Shown: positions 1-10,677, numbered from the stretch's first letter. The stretch: 64,000 bases of DNA from an uncultured Gammaproteobacteria bacterium (GCA_964594455.1 CAZQLY010000004.1:61972-125971), one strand, 5' to 3'. Numbers and translations are program-made. The notes: generated by a model from the letters alone, not told the origin.

Positions 1-193
1 GAGCTAATTCTTTTCTAGCAAAATTATAGAGCGTTTCAGTTGTTTTCAGCTTCTGGTCCATTTTCTGAGCCTGTTTGCTCAGGTTCAATACAAAACTTTC
101 TGGGGCACCCGAATCGATTAGAGATTGCTCAAATTTATTTCTGTCAAAAGACTGATATTCTCCAGAGGCTTTTTTTAATCTCTTTTCTTGCAT
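1..193 (-). CDS. ATP-cone domain protein, N-terminal part (runs off the window)
   Basis: Hand translation MQEKRLKKASGEYQSFDRNKFEQSLIDSGA resembles the ATP-cone N-terminus (KxxG.x.FD..K...SL). Confidence 0.6.
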   Translation of the reverse strand, partial: MQEKRLKKASGEYQSFDRNKFEQSLIDSGAPESFVLNLSKQAQKMDQKLKTTETLYNFARKELA

Positions 194-273
194 ATATAAG
201 TATAATAGCCTGAAAGAGGATTTTTCACAAGAAAAAAAGACGGTCATGTACATGCCGTCTTGAACGTTTGTTC

Positions 274-618
274 TCATTGCCATTCCTCTTTGGGATAGGC
301 TTGACTGGGGTTAGGAATTCTCCTTGAGCTGTAGATAGAAAACTCTACTCTCAGCACAACCAGTGTGACGATGAAGCTTAAGGCGCCGAAAAGGAGCCAC
401 TTGGGTAGGTGATGCATCACAAAAACGTTCAGAATCACCGCGCCCACCGCTTGCATCACTCCAAAAAGCACCATTGCCAAAATCCGGTCTGTGCCAGCAA
501 TCCCAGAGTAGTAGTAATCGATGCCGTATCTGGTCTGCTTCCGAAGAGTCCGGAAGAAGAACAAGACGCAAACGATAGCCAGCGTTGGTAATGCCAGCAA
601 CACATTCAGTCCTACCAT
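274..618 (-). CDS. small membrane protein
   Basis: Three hydrophobic segments; GGAGG RBS upstream. Confidence 0.6.
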   Translation of the reverse strand: MVGLNVLLALPTLAIVCVLFFFRTLRKQTRYGIDYYYSGIAGTDRILAMVLFGVMQAVGAVILNVFVMHHLPKWLLFGALSFIVTLVVLRVEFSIYSSRRIPNPSQAYPKEEWQ

Positions 619-683
619 TATCTTCCTCCAGTGTTAAAAAGAGCTTGTTCTGTCCAAACCTACGGGAGCTTATCAAATACAGG

Positions 684-1496
684 TTATTTGTCAATCATCA
701 ACTCGCAAGCAATACCATCTAAATCACTATCTATCAAATGAATGTCCTGCTGAGTTTTTTCTAAACAACAATCGTATAAGCCTTGAGCTTCCTCTGGGGT
801 GTTAAAGTCACGACAGTCATAGAAGTTGTAATCGCAAAAGCAAGTTGGAGCATCCTCCAATACCTCGGTATCATTCGTAGCCTGATATTCGGCTGTTTCG
901 GCCCGCTCAGGAGTATTTTGTTCCCAGATGCTCAATAACTTTTCATCACAACCGCCCCACAAACCGGCTCTAGATTCACGAGCCTGCTGTTCGGCTTTTA
1001 GCATTTCTTCTTCGTATTTTATATCAGGCGGAACCGTAAAGGCTCTAGCAAAGCCCTGGCTCACCAGTTCTAGGTTAATAAAAGTATTATCAACATAAAC
1101 ATAGCGCAACAGACGGCCATAGCGATCGGTGTCCCTGACATCTTTTATCAATCGAACTTCTTGCCCTTCAACCAATTCTTTATTCTTGGCCGTGGCTTCA
1201 GCCGCGTAGCAATCTGGAGGATTGTGTGTTAATTCGGGAGTGTCCATACCTAGGTACCGCACTGTTTCACCGCTTTCAATTTTAATTGTATCTCCATCAA
1301 CTACCTCAATTACCTTTACTAAATCACCGATGATTGATTTACCAGCCCCATTATTTTGTTCTTCAATATTTACTTCTGATTCATCTTCAATCGAATCAGC
1401 GTCTGAACTGTTGGTGTTTATTTCCGACCAAACTAAAAATAATGCAAAAATGATTAAAAAAACTACATCTCGTTTATTAATCGAGTTAATTTTCAC
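684..1496 (-). CDS. thermonuclease (SNase family) with N-terminal membrane anchor and Cys-rich Excalibur-like C-terminus
   Basis: VVDGDTI, VRYLGMDTPE, DRYGRLLRYV, AGLW motifs; D.DLDGIACE tail; start codon uncertain. Confidence 0.9.
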   Translation of the reverse strand: MKINSINKRDVVFLIIFALFLVWSEINTNSSDADSIEDESEVNIEEQNNGAGKSIIGDLVKVIEVVDGDTIKIESGETVRYLGMDTPELTHNPPDCYAAEATAKNKELVEGQEVRLIKDVRDTDRYGRLLRYVYVDNTFINLELVSQGFARAFTVPPDIKYEEEMLKAEQQARESRAGLWGGCDEKLLSIWEQNTPERAETAEYQATNDTEVLEDAPTCFCDYNFYDCRDFNTPEEAQGLYDCCLEKTQQDIHLIDSDLDGIACELMIDK

Positions 1497-1510
1497 TTTA
1501 GTTTCTAATA

Positions 1511-2926
1511 TTATTGATGAATAAATACACCCGTGCCAACATAAGCCCAATTATAAAGCCACTCGGCGTTTTCGCGATTAATATTTACGCAGCCGTGGCT
1601 CATCTTGTGTCCCCAATTATTATGCCAATACGCGTAATGTAAATAATAGTTGGTTGTGAAACGTAAATTGAAATCCACATCTTCCAGATCATAATTATCC
1701 GGATGGTCCGGGCCATAGTCCCATTGATAGTCCATTTTATCTATCTTGGCGGAAACCTCATAATCTCCTTCCGGCGTGGGATATTTATCTATGCCAGTGG
1801 AAACTAGGAACGTTCTGACTAATTCACCGTTTTTATAAGCGTACAGCCTTTGTTCGCCGATAACGACATCAACATATTTATAATAATCAGTCCGACCCTG
1901 ATTAGTATCACGACCCGGTGCAGTAACTATTTCCGTCCGGCCATCGGAATCTATGTCACCTACAGCAATGTTAACTCCTCCTCGGAAATCAGATTCATAG
2001 GCGAAGAAGTTCTGGGGCATAACGTGGCCACTAGCTTCAAAGGCTCTGACCTGAGGTCCACCGCCGGCTGCCACCGCCACCAGAAGCTCATCAAAACCAT
2101 CATTATCTATATCACCAGAGGCGACATGAAAACCACTCTGAACCTGTTCTGGCCAGCCTTCAAACATACCGACTATGGTTCGAGCTTCGTTAGCTTTGTA
2201 AGTCTTGACCCTGGATCGGCCAAACCTATAAATAGAAGTAATGATTTCTGATTCTTCTCCTCCATCGACATTGCCCACGGCTACATCAACCCCGCCCTGA
2301 TCCCGTTCAGCAAATGGATATATATCCAGATTTTTCGTTACTCCAAATCTGGTAAAAATTCGCACATGTGGTTGAGCCCCAACCCCCACGCCCGTCACGA
2401 TCTCACCTTTGCTGTCACCATCGACATTGCCACAAGCGACATTTATTCCGCCTCGATAGTCCGGATGATAAGCATAAAAACCAGGCGTGAAAATCGACTC
2501 GCCCAAATAGTTTAAAGTTCTGACATGAGGCCCGCCGCCTGGTCCGGCTCCGGTAACAATTTCGTATATTCCATCATTATTAAGATCACAACTAGCCACC
2601 TTTACCCCACCGCGAAAACTTTCCGGATAGACAAAGAAGCTGGATATTTGAGTTCCATCTTGTTTTAGTACACGAATATTTGGTCCACCACCCGGTCCTG
2701 CTCCGACAATGATTTCGTTGGCCCCGTCACCGTTTACGTCGCCAATGGCCAGAGAAGCACCACCTTTGAAATCTTCGGCATAGGCCAGCCAAGAGTCTTC
2801 TTGATAAAGCTTTTTGCTGTCGTATATTTTTATTTCCGGCGAACGGTAACTTGTCGCTTCAACTTCTGTGCCACTAATAACTAACCCCCCTAGCGTAATA
2901 ATAAATACAAAAAGGCTTATTCTCAT
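1511..2926 (-). CDS. FG-GAP-repeat surface protein with C-terminal L,D-transpeptidase (YkuD) domain
   Basis: Repeated GD..GDG..EI..G.G.GGGP.VR; C-terminal YLH...SHGCVN catalytic motif. Confidence 0.9.
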   Translation of the reverse strand: MRISLFVFIITLGGLVISGTEVEATSYRSPEIKIYDSKKLYQEDSWLAYAEDFKGGASLAIGDVNGDGANEIIVGAGPGGGPNIRVLKQDGTQISSFFVYPESFRGGVKVASCDLNNDGIYEIVTGAGPGGGPHVRTLNYLGESIFTPGFYAYHPDYRGGINVACGNVDGDSKGEIVTGVGVGAQPHVRIFTRFGVTKNLDIYPFAERDQGGVDVAVGNVDGGEESEIITSIYRFGRSRVKTYKANEARTIVGMFEGWPEQVQSGFHVASGDIDNDGFDELLVAVAAGGGPQVRAFEASGHVMPQNFFAYESDFRGGVNIAVGDIDSDGRTEIVTAPGRDTNQGRTDYYKYVDVVIGEQRLYAYKNGELVRTFLVSTGIDKYPTPEGDYEVSAKIDKMDYQWDYGPDHPDNYDLEDVDFNLRFTTNYYLHYAYWHNNWGHKMSHGCVNINRENAEWLYNWAYVGTGVFIHQ

Positions 2927-3027
2927 AAAATAAATTTTCAATTATTCTACTTACAGAATAACGTTTTTTAAATATGTAGTAAAGTAATTATAAGCACGTA
3001 AACCTTGTCAACTCGTGGGGGGTCCAG

Positions 3028-3056
3028 CCCGCTTCGCCGAAGCTTAGCGAGGCAAG
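3028..3056. repeat. REP-like palindrome CCCGCTTCGCCGAAGCTTAGCGAGGCAAG
   Basis: 25/29 identical to the reverse complement of 55943-55971. Confidence 0.7.
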
Positions 3057-3190
3057 GAGGGAAACCTGAGCGCCATAATATATGGTAATTAGTTGCTTTG
3101 TTAATGAGAGAAAATTTTACCCCCGGAGCTTTTGGTCCTTTTGGCTACAAAAGGACATAAAAATATGTAAAAAAAGTCTAGCCTTGTCGG

Positions 3191-5155
3191 CTAGACATCC
3201 TCCTGATCACTCTCCTCATCCTCGAGTTCTGGAATCAAAGGAGCGGTAAATGCAATCTTCCCGTCACGAATTTCAAGGCCGAAACCCATCCTCCTGAGAT
3301 CAGCGGCATGGGATCGAATACCTGCCACGTGTTGTTGGCACCACTGAAGTGAGCCGGGTTGCGGCGTAACAGCGGCCTCATCGACATCCGACGAGATTGC
3401 TGGCGCTAAGGCTTCAGATACCGCAGCATCTTCCACTCCAGTCACACCGGAATCCGACCCACCAGAAGCTGGGGAAGGCTCTCCTGGAGAATCTGGACCA
3501 GCAACCGGTGCTTCCGTACCACCTACCCGCATCTTATCTACTGCGCCTTTGGGCCCACCATCAACCTCAGGTGTACCAGACAAGGCCGGCGGAACAGGTG
3601 GAGTGGAGGGACTTGCCGAAGCAGCAGGATCGTCAGGCTTACCAGCTGGGCCAGCTGGAGCCTTTGTCTCTCCAGGCCCTCTCTGGATGTAGCCAGACCC
3701 AACATCCTTGAACTGGATACTGCGTACCACGAACCGGCTAGATCTACTACCAGGAATCCTCTCAGCCCGAATCACAACCTTGGCAAAGACCAGGCTCTGC
3801 ACCCTGTTATGAGCATCTTGAGGCTTTCTAATCCCAGGCTTGTCCTTCAACCAGCTGGCCAGAGCATCAACAACCAGGTCTTGCTCTTTGAGAGCTGGAA
3901 AAAGCTCGAGCAACATACGATAGGTGTCGGCTTGCTGAGCTGAAAGCTCCACGGGTTGGCTGATCACGGGCAATGCCTTATATTCAGACGGGTCAAACAA
4001 CTTTACACCATCAGGCAAGGTCAGGCTGGTTGATGCGTCATCATCTTCACCGCCTTGACTGCCCTGACGAGTGTCGTCTCCAGTGCTCGGACCGGCCGAA
4101 GGCTCTGCAGGAGCTCTCCTGTCCTCGTCTTTTGAACCAGCGGGACGAGAATCAGACTTGCGTGCGAAAGGTACAGGATTCTTCTCCAAGAACTTGCGCA
4201 CTCTATCAGCCGCCGCATCTATGTCTCCATCAAAGGCCTCCAACCCAACAACCAGCTCCTGATAGGCAAGTTCTTCGTAGCAGACAACGATCACCTGATG
4301 TCTTTCACCCCGAACCTCGATTTTGCCCGCTCTGGGACTTGCCAAACGACGGATAATCCCAGGTTGAATTGACTCTACCAGGCCACGGCCGCTCAGCCCG
4401 TTCAAGCGCGAGGCCACCCTTCTGGTCCAGAAAAGGAATCGGTCATCCGACGCTCTAGGGGCAACGACCTCAGCTGTTCCCTCTTCTTGGATTGAGAAGT
4501 CGGGCGGATTACTCCTCAGCTGACCATTCAGTTGTCTGGTCAGAGGAGATATCCTCATTGTCCTCTTGCCCGGCTTGACCTGAAACTTGGCCAGTATTCC
4601 TCGGCCGAAGCAGGTAACTTCAGTATGGTCATCCATACTCTGGATTACCGGGTCCTTGGGTTCCTGAGGGACTGAACGTTGTATGATCTCCGGTCCCTCG
4701 ACTTCACCGACGATGGTAATACTGCTCAGCCAACTCTGCATACCTATGACCATCGCCTGGTCTTCCGGAGACACTTCTTGCGTCCCCGGCGCATCCTTCA
4801 TTACAGCACTGCCACTCATATTGGATCCCTCCTCCCACGGCTCACTGTAGATTGCCGAAGACGCATTGCGGTATAAGCCGCTTAGACAGAAATGTTCACC
4901 TGCTAATGCCAGTGTCAAATCCCAAACCGATGTTCCTCGATCTGGAATTATTCTGAATCGACGGATCGTCTCGTACCCCAACAACACCCCCTGAACAAAG
5001 CCACGCCCTTCAGTGAAACACAGGGTGGCTGCATCAATCGACGGTCTTTGCTGAAAGCCGTCAATTGTTTCGAGAAAATCTACGTTTGGGTACGACCCAA
5101 GCAACTGGACCACTTTTTTGAGAACACGTTCGTCAAGGTTGGCCCCGTCTAGCAT
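3191..5155 (-). CDS. hypothetical protein with Pro/Ala/Gly/Ser-rich disordered regions
   Basis: Long GC-richer ORF; GGAGGTGAT RBS before ATG 5155. Confidence 0.7.
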   Translation of the reverse strand: MLDGANLDERVLKKVVQLLGSYPNVDFLETIDGFQQRPSIDAATLCFTEGRGFVQGVLLGYETIRRFRIIPDRGTSVWDLTLALAGEHFCLSGLYRNASSAIYSEPWEEGSNMSGSAVMKDAPGTQEVSPEDQAMVIGMQSWLSSITIVGEVEGPEIIQRSVPQEPKDPVIQSMDDHTEVTCFGRGILAKFQVKPGKRTMRISPLTRQLNGQLRSNPPDFSIQEEGTAEVVAPRASDDRFLFWTRRVASRLNGLSGRGLVESIQPGIIRRLASPRAGKIEVRGERHQVIVVCYEELAYQELVVGLEAFDGDIDAAADRVRKFLEKNPVPFARKSDSRPAGSKDEDRRAPAEPSAGPSTGDDTRQGSQGGEDDDASTSLTLPDGVKLFDPSEYKALPVISQPVELSAQQADTYRMLLELFPALKEQDLVVDALASWLKDKPGIRKPQDAHNRVQSLVFAKVVIRAERIPGSRSSRFVVRSIQFKDVGSGYIQRGPGETKAPAGPAGKPDDPAASASPSTPPVPPALSGTPEVDGGPKGAVDKMRVGGTEAPVAGPDSPGEPSPASGGSDSGVTGVEDAAVSEALAPAISSDVDEAAVTPQPGSLQWCQQHVAGIRSHAADLRRMGFGLEIRDGKIAFTAPLIPELEDEESDQEDV

Positions 5156-5407
5156 ATCACCTCCGTGAGTTATTAAAACGTGGACCAACCGATTGTACGG
5201 TTTATGATTGCATATATGAAAAGAACAGAAATCCCTCCTGTTCAAAAAAAATACGTAAATTGAACAGTGAAATTTTATATTAAAAAAACCATATCGTCAA
5301 ATATGGGCCCCTCATCAAAAAAACTACTTAAATTCCGATGATAAAAACATGAACCACTACCGAATTATAAAATCCGATAGTGACTCATATGAAATATTAA
5401 AATCATT

Positions 5408-5674
5408 CTACTGTACTGGTGGTGGTGTTGTTGGTGGTGCTTCCATTTTTGGCTGAGCAGCAGCTGGTTTGGTCTTTTTGCCCACAGTAACTAAGACATA
5501 CAAGGCTGACAGTCCGACTAAAATATAGATGATCTTTGATAGAACTGATAAATCACCGAAAATTGTGGCTACTAAATCAAATTCAAAAGCTCCATATAAA
5601 CCCCAGTTTAAACCGCCAATAACTATTAAAATCCAAGCGATCCAATCAAGTGCGTTCATTTTCATATTTTTCAC
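5408..5674 (-). CDS. DUF378 membrane protein
   Basis: LDWIAWILIVIGGLNWGL..F.FDLV..IFG signature. Confidence 0.9.
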   Translation of the reverse strand: MKNMKMNALDWIAWILIVIGGLNWGLYGAFEFDLVATIFGDLSVLSKIIYILVGLSALYVLVTVGKKTKPAAAQPKMEAPPTTPPPVQ

Positions 5675-5829
5675 CTCCTTTCGTCTTTTGGTAGAAGTTA
5701 TTTTCTGATTATATTATACCATGAAAAAATTAAGTTATTAACACTTAATAATTCATTGACAGTTAGCCAAATTTTTGATAATAATACCAAGTCGTTCATT
5801 TTTTATTCTTTTCAGGAAGGAAAAGACCA

Positions 5830-6057
5830 ATGGCAAAAAAATCAGTTAATGTGCTCTGGACCGCGCCCAAAGGTAAGGGTGGGAAACCGCGCGCCAAACG
5901 TATTCAGGTTGCACACGACACTGTGTGGCCTACAGTCGAGATTCGAAGGACCAAATCAGGCACCACTCTGGTCAACCCACGCGGCTGCAGTCTGGTTCTC
6001 ATGCCCAACATGATCCCTCAACCCAGTTCGGTTGATGGAATCCGTCTTTCAAGATAA
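5830..6057 (+). CDS. small basic hypothetical protein
   Basis: TTGACA promoter at 5756, AGGAAGG RBS, downstream hairpin and T-tract. Confidence 0.5.
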   Translation: MAKKSVNVLWTAPKGKGGKPRAKRIQVAHDTVWPTVEIRRTKSGTTLVNPRGCSLVLMPNMIPQPSSVDGIRLSR

Positions 6058-6151
6058 GCGTTTGATCAGCTCAAAGCGCTTTTTTTATATAAAAAAAAGA
6101 GGCCGACGACTCGTGTAGAATCGTCGGCCATAATGCGTTGAAAGTGCGGGA

Positions 6152-6448
6152 CTAGACCGTGGCGGTTGCGGGTTGGACCGGGTAGAACTGGCCGATCTCG
6201 TGGCCCTGCTGGCAGATGTCGTCACCGTCGCCGATCTGCGAGTGGCAGATGGAGCAACGGCTGCCACCTTCCTGCTGACACTTGACGACTTCCTTTATCC
6301 GGTTCAACCATCCCTCGCCGGTGGTCCAGCAATACGTATGGCCGACCTGGTGGCCTCTGGCGCAGACGCCGCTGGTGATCTCGGTGTTGCAGATGTCGCA
6401 ATGTCTTCCGGCCGTGCACGCACATACTTCAGTATGACCCATACTCAT
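6152..6448 (-). CDS. small protein with two CxxC-x9-10-C-xx-GH zinc-binding repeats
   Basis: CDICNTEITSGVCARGHQVG and CSICHSQIGDGDDICQQGHEIG; consensus promoter upstream. Confidence 0.65.
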   Translation of the reverse strand: MSMGHTEVCACTAGRHCDICNTEITSGVCARGHQVGHTYCWTTGEGWLNRIKEVVKCQQEGGSRCSICHSQIGDGDDICQQGHEIGQFYPVQPATATV

Positions 6449-6509
6449 GATCAACCCCCCTATAGTTTCTGTCCGTGAAATGAACCAATCCCCATGGTTC
6501 GTTGCCCGC

Positions 6510-6538
6510 ATTATATAGCAAAAAAAGGCTTTTGTCAA
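6510..6538 (-). promoter_or_regulatory. sigma70 promoter TTGACA-N17-TATAAT
   Basis: Perfect consensus on the minus strand upstream of 6152..6448. Confidence 0.8.
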
Positions 6539-6565
6539 GCCTCACTGTTTCACCAACTAGAATTT

Positions 6566-7780
6566 TTATTCTTTAAACAGAACTCCTTCCTTCTGATAAA
6601 CCTGGCTGGCAATATAAATTGCTATCACGGAAAAAACGGCAAGCGATATTAAGGTAACAAGTATGTGTCCCAAGTCGTAAGTGCCTATCAATATCTCCTT
6701 GAAAAGCAAAACTGAGTTGACTGCCGGTAAAGCAAAAAACCAAAGCGCTGGCTCAAACCCGGGCAAAGAGTTTAGGATTGATACGGGCAATATGACCACT
6801 AGATATGATGGCCCGATATAACTCTGAGCTTCTTTGTAACTTTTTGCAAAAATTGCGATTGATAGAATCACGGCAGAGAACATTAACACCATTAAAACAC
6901 TCACAACAAACATCACAAATAGCGCCATTGGTTCGATAGAAAAGTCAGCACTGATTCCCAGGGCGCTAGTGGCGCCTCCATCTTCGCTTAAACCAAACGT
7001 GCCAAAGTATTTAACGGCAAAATACATGCTGGTTAACGAGACAACAACTGATATCAAAGCTGACGTGGCTACTGCAAAATATTTACCAAATACGATTTCT
7101 ATTCTTCTGGCTGGAGTAAGTAATAATGATTCTAAGGTTTTGCGCTCTTTTTCTCCAGCAGAGATGTCAGTAGCAATATACTGGCCACCAACAATAGACC
7201 ACATTACAATGAACAGCGGCAAGATAAATCCTAATCCAAAGCCTCCCAATTCCTTTTCAGTCGCTAATTCCTCTTCGTTAATCAAGACTGTCGATAAAAT
7301 TTTCTGATTAACATCTTCATTAACCAACCGGCTATTTATTAATTGCTGGTTATACTGCGCCACAATAACCTTTATACGATTAACCGCATAACTGGATTTT
7401 TCATTGACTGAGTGCTTAATTATCTTGATATCCACCGTTTGATAGGAATTTATTTTACTTTGATAATCTTTTGGTAAAACTAAACCGGCATCGACGCTTC
7501 TATCTTTAACGGCTTCATTTAAATTACCATCTACTTGAACCAAATCAATTGTTTCATTTTGATTGATTAGTTGGGCTAAATCAATTTCAGTACCATAAAC
7601 TATTCCAACTTTAACGGTCTGCTCCTCAGCTTTTTTAATCTGGGACTCAACTAACACAGACATGCCGATGACTATTATTGGCATAAGAATGATGGGCAAT
7701 ATAATCATTGCCATCAGCGTGCGCTTATCACGAATAGCGTCCATTAACTCCTTCTTCCAGATTGTGATTATATTGTTCAC
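6566..7780 (-). CDS. ABC-2 type permease (NatB-like)
   Basis: KKEL.D.IRDKRT start; AGEKERKTLESLL.TP motif; multiple TM helices. Confidence 0.9.
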   Translation of the reverse strand: MNNIITIWKKELMDAIRDKRTLMAMIILPIILMPIIVIGMSVLVESQIKKAEEQTVKVGIVYGTEIDLAQLINQNETIDLVQVDGNLNEAVKDRSVDAGLVLPKDYQSKINSYQTVDIKIIKHSVNEKSSYAVNRIKVIVAQYNQQLINSRLVNEDVNQKILSTVLINEEELATEKELGGFGLGFILPLFIVMWSIVGGQYIATDISAGEKERKTLESLLLTPARRIEIVFGKYFAVATSALISVVVSLTSMYFAVKYFGTFGLSEDGGATSALGISADFSIEPMALFVMFVVSVLMVLMFSAVILSIAIFAKSYKEAQSYIGPSYLVVILPVSILNSLPGFEPALWFFALPAVNSVLLFKEILIGTYDLGHILVTLISLAVFSVIAIYIASQVYQKEGVLFKE

Positions 7781-8745
7781 TTTTTCCCTTCTCCTTTTTC
7801 TGTAAAAAAGTATTTTCCGACAAACGAAACAACGATACCCAGAACGATCATGATGTAAAAAGCTGCCTGGCTGATTTCTAAAACGCTCAACAAAAATCCT
7901 ATTGCTATCAAAGCGATTCCACCGATTCTAAATATCCAGCTCATTTTCTTCGGGCTTATTTTTTTGACTGAAGTTTTTTCCCTTTCAACTTGGGTGCGTA
8001 TAGAATCATTGCGTCCTTGTACCAGTTTTACAAAAGCTTCTTCCAAATCATGGGCTTGAGCTTTTTCCTTGATCGCTTCAATAGTATCAACTGTGATAAT
8101 TTTACCTTGGTGTATAATAGCTACTCGATCGCAAAGTTTCTCCGCATCATTCATTTCGTGAGTGGAGAGAATAACGAGCTTGCCGTCTGTTTTTTCCTTT
8201 TGCATAAAACGCATGACTGTCTGAGAAGCTAAAACGTCCAGGCCAGCTGTCGGCTCATCAAAGATAATTACTTTTGGATTGTGAATTACTGACCGGGCAA
8301 TTGCCAGTTTTTGTTTCATGCCGGTGGAATACTTGCTGGTCCGGCGATCAATAAAATCATTCATATCCAAAAGCTGGGACACTTTTTCAATCCTGTCCTC
8401 CAATAAATTAGCATCTAAGTCGTTTAATCTCCCATAATACCTGAGGTTTTCTCGACCACTTAACCGTTCATAAACGCCAATATCAGTAGTTAAAACACCG
8501 ATATTTCTTCTGACTTTCTCGGGTTGTTTTTTTATATCAAATCCGGCCACCGAGGCTGTTCCTGCTGTAGCATTTAAGGTTGTAGCAATTACCCGTATGG
8601 TAGTTGTCTTACCAGCACCGTTCGGCCCCAATAAACCAAAAATTTCTCCGGGGTTGGCTTCGAAGCTAACATTATCAACAGCATTAAATCCGTTATATGA
8701 TTTCGATAAATTTTCTACCTTTAGTAGGCTCTGCATATTATGCAT
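7777..8745 (-). CDS. ABC transporter ATP-binding protein (NatA-like) with extra C-terminal TM hairpin
   Basis: Walker A GPNGAGKTT, YSTGMKQK signature, IIFDEPTAGLD. Confidence 0.92.
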   Translation of the reverse strand: MHNMQSLLKVENLSKSYNGFNAVDNVSFEANPGEIFGLLGPNGAGKTTTIRVIATTLNATAGTASVAGFDIKKQPEKVRRNIGVLTTDIGVYERLSGRENLRYYGRLNDLDANLLEDRIEKVSQLLDMNDFIDRRTSKYSTGMKQKLAIARSVIHNPKVIIFDEPTAGLDVLASQTVMRFMQKEKTDGKLVILSTHEMNDAEKLCDRVAIIHQGKIITVDTIEAIKEKAQAHDLEEAFVKLVQGRNDSIRTQVEREKTSVKKISPKKMSWIFRIGGIALIAIGFLLSVLEISQAAFYIMIVLGIVVSFVGKYFFTEKGEGKK

Positions 8746-8857
8746 TATATATCAAAAAACCCTTCTAAACAATTGACAGCCATTAAAATTAATATTAAGA
8801 TAACCAGCTCATTTCCGTTATTGGTAACAACCTTTTAACAAGTCGAAGGGGGGCAGC

Positions 8858-9109
8858 TTGGGAAGACAAGAGTCTTATAAGTTTCCACATGGTTTCAAGG
8901 TCATCGTTGATCGGAGACCGCGCCGATCTGGCCAGGGCTGCAGTCATTGCACAAGGTTCATTACCAAGGATCAGCCACTACACCGGATCACCAGAGATGG
9001 AAAACCGGTAGCTAACGTCTGCTCTGAACAATGTTCTCATGGCAAGGTTCATATCCTGACTCCGAGGAAGCCTGTCAAAAAGCGATACCGGGAAAAAGCC
9101 ACGGCTTGA
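8858..9109 (+). CDS. small basic protein, possible zinc finger
   Basis: CxxC...CxxxC; TTGACA promoter at 8773. Confidence 0.45.
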   Translation: MGRQESYKFPHGFKVIVDRRPRRSGQGCSHCTRFITKDQPLHRITRDGKPVANVCSEQCSHGKVHILTPRKPVKKRYREKATA

Positions 9110-9229
9110 TCCTGATTTCTCTTCCACCACTGTACTCACACAGTGGTTTTTTTATTTGACAAAGAGGTTTTTTCAACTAAGCTCTTAGGCTGTTCTTTTA
9201 CTGTCATGGTTCAAAAAAAAGGAGGGGTA

Positions 9230-9829
9230 ATGAAGAAAGTCCTTTTGGTGGTATTTAGCCTCATTGGTCTGTTAGCCGGATCGGCCCAGGCCAGTGATTC
9301 GATCAACTGCCTCTTCGGCGAATTCATCAACGCTCGAGGTGGCGGTGGTTCCTGGGTACACAACACCCAGCACATAAAGAGCGTACCGTTCGCCCTGTTC
9401 GACGGAAGCGTGATTGAGTACTTGCTGCTCTATCACATCACCAAGAGTGATAACCTTACGGTTTCGATTGGTCCACCTCTGGGCGCACTCAACAACAGCG
9501 ATGGCGCCGAATTTTACGGCGGCATCGAATTCCGAACCAGTTTCAGATTCTGGGCGGTGAAGCCTTCGTTTCGCTACGCCCACCGAACGGCTGAACACAA
9601 CAGGCTGCACAACATATGCAACGTTGGCTTGATCACTGCTTCCGCTCCGATAGCCTACGGCGTATACTACCAGCCAATCCAACGGTGTGATCCGGAATGG
9701 GAACATCGTGTGGCCGGACGGATCAAGCTGTCCACCAGCCGGTTCTACTTCAGTCTGGAGGGAAGATACTCTCTCGACCGCGAAGTCGTGACTACAAACT
9801 TCGAGGTTGAAATTCCTTTCACCCTCTAG
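9230..9829 (+). CDS. secreted hypothetical protein
   Basis: AGGAGG RBS; signal peptide MKKVLL...AQA; terminator 9835-9862. Confidence 0.65.
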   Translation: MKKVLLVVFSLIGLLAGSAQASDSINCLFGEFINARGGGGSWVHNTQHIKSVPFALFDGSVIEYLLLYHITKSDNLTVSIGPPLGALNNSDGAEFYGGIEFRTSFRFWAVKPSFRYAHRTAEHNRLHNICNVGLITASAPIAYGVYYQPIQRCDPEWEHRVAGRIKLSTSRFYFSLEGRYSLDREVVTTNFEVEIPFTL

Positions 9830-9900
9830 CCCTAAGTCCAGAGTTTTCTACTGGACTTTTTTATTGATTATTAAAATTAAATACTATAACAGTAAGATGA

Positions 9901-10425
9901 TTATGTTTTATTGTTTTTGTTTAGGATTTTCTTAGCTTCTAATGTGATTGGTTCTGTTTTTTTCTTGTCTTTTCTTTTGTTTACATGCTTAGTAATTAAA
10001 TCCGCCAACTCTCCATCACTCATAGGGGTGTGGTTACCCTCTATAACAATGTCCAGTTTATCCTACCCTGCTGGCGGCAAATGAGCAATAAATGCATTTT
10101 TCATATAATCAGGAACGGATATAATTAATTCATCAATGTTTGTATGTTTAATATTATTTAAATTTCTTTCTAGTTTTCTATAATATTTTTTTCTTTTTTC
10201 CTTTGTACTATCTTCATATACAGCGCCACTGGGTCCAGATACATTGCCAGCTCGGGTCATAAAAAAACCCTCGCGATCTGAATAATATTTCTTATCAACT
10301 GAAAATTTATTTATAATTTTCATTTTACTGTTGGAAATTTTATATATTTTTCCTACATGAACACTCGACAATAAAAACAGAACAATTTTACCCTTAAATC
10401 TGGGGACCTTGTTTATTAGTGTCAT
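9901..10425 (-). pseudogene. host-attachment/baeRF-like protein interrupted by in-frame TAG at 10063-10065
   Basis: Frame stays open 53 codons past the TAG (DKLDIVIEGNHTPMSDGELADLI...) to TAA at 9901; YSDREGFF...G motif. Confidence 0.6.
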
Positions 10426-10440
10426 GTTTTTTTCAATTAT

Positions 10441-10677
10441 TTAAGATTTTTTTACAATCACCTCTTCGGCCGCTTCATTTTTTTCATCAAGCGGCTGTAT
10501 TATAACCCACGGCTTACGGTGCTTACTAATAATAACTGGCTGTTTTTTATAATGGACGGAATCAACAATTTCTTGAAAATGGCTTCTAACTTCAGTAGCC
10601 CCCGCTTCAATTATTTTTACATCTTTAGTTGATACTTCGGTTTTAATTTTTTTAGGAACTTGTTTACTCATAAACAT
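10441..10677 (-). CDS. Phd/YefM-family antitoxin-like protein
   Basis: ATEVRSHFQEIVDSV....PVIISKH.KP.V pattern. Confidence 0.75.
   Translation of the reverse strand: MFMSKQVPKKIKTEVSTKDVKIIEAGATEVRSHFQEIVDSVHYKKQPVIISKHRKPWVIIQPLDEKNEAAEEVIVKKS

Noticed and set aside
5756-6538. ORF-track starts at TTG 5756 and 6538
   Set aside because: These TTGs are the -35 boxes (TTGACA); RBS-supported starts lie downstream.
10063-10065. Genome-wide stop-codon reassignment
   Set aside because: Conserved genes end normally at TAG (rpsI, hup) and TGA (DpnI-flanking and glycosyltransferase genes); only one internal TAG was seen.
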